NCBI GenBank assembly: GCA_965218975.1
Contig: OZ244717.1
Span: 2,017,001 to 2,081,000, forward strand
Direction of reading: 5' to 3'
Length of the DNA stretch: 64,000 nucleotides
From: Candidatus Oxydemutatoraceae bacterium
Lineage (GTDB): Bacteria; Pseudomonadota; Gammaproteobacteria; Poriferisulfidales; Oxydemutatoraceae
Position 1 is the first letter of the stretch, and each line of letters begins with the position of its first letter. Both the position numbers and the translations under genes were made by a program. Positions 63,669 through 64,000 of this stretch are shown piece by piece. The notes below the pieces were generated by a model, which saw nothing but the letters and a program-made list of their open reading frames with translations, was not told the origin of the DNA and searched no databases.

Positions 63669-64000
63669 TTATTCCACTAAAGAAAGCAACGTATGCACTA
63701 TATTCTCTTCGGAACTACCAAGATAATTAGTAATTTTAATGGTGACTCCGGAATATTCTTCACGTTTTTTATTAACCTCAGTTGGAATATCTTTTGTCAC
63801 ATGACGACCGGCGCTCAAAAAGTACGGCACGATAAAAATTTCGGTCGCGCCCGCTTCAATGCATTGTTGAATACCCCGCGGTATCGACGGTTCCGCCAGT
63901 TCCAAAAAAGCGCAGATCACATAACCAAACCGAGGGGGTGCTTTGTCAGCAAGTTTACGACACAATAATCGAACTTCTTGATTGGATTCTTCCCGACGGC
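63669..64000 (-). CDS. CbiX/SirB-type chelatase (5' end outside window)
   Basis: AFLELAEPSI, VPYFLSAGRHV..DIP. Confidence 0.85.
   Translation of the reverse strand, partial: RREESNQEVRLLCRKLADKAPPRFGYVICAFLELAEPSIPRGIQQCIEAGATEIFIVPYFLSAGRHVTKDIPTEVNKKREEYSGVTIKITNYLGSSEENIVHTLLSLVE

Overview
Chromosomal window of a gammaproteobacterium. The SEL1-repeat expansion and decaying mobile DNA suggest a host-associated lifestyle, but that is inference. Most of the window is intact housekeeping DNA: dnaJ-dnaK-grpE, nadK-recN, fur-bamE, ptsH-ptsI, rnfH-ratA, smpB, tRNA-Pro/Arg/His, ppiA-lpxH, purF-cvpA-dedD-folC-accD-trpABF-truA-asd-leuBDC-thrC-hom-alaC, nlpD-pcm-surE, scattered molybdenum-cofactor genes, gltA and a MetX-fold enzyme. 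Two accessory regions stand out. The first (11.7-17.8 kb) holds an IS481 remnant, one copy of a structured repeat element, and a Vsr / GHKL-ATPase-nuclease / C5-methyltransferase locus in which the latter two genes each carry a single reading-frame lesion. The second (49.0-56.0 kb) is a triplicated module: a TGTACGATG(CC/TT)ACCCT end, a tandem array of 98/110-bp multi-hairpin units, an IS481 fragment, a LolD-like ORF lacking Walker A, and a convergent SEL1-repeat gene. The arrays appear to be the amplified core of a MITE whose matching right end survives at 12964-12979. All calls come from reading the sequence and ORF track; no database searches were run.
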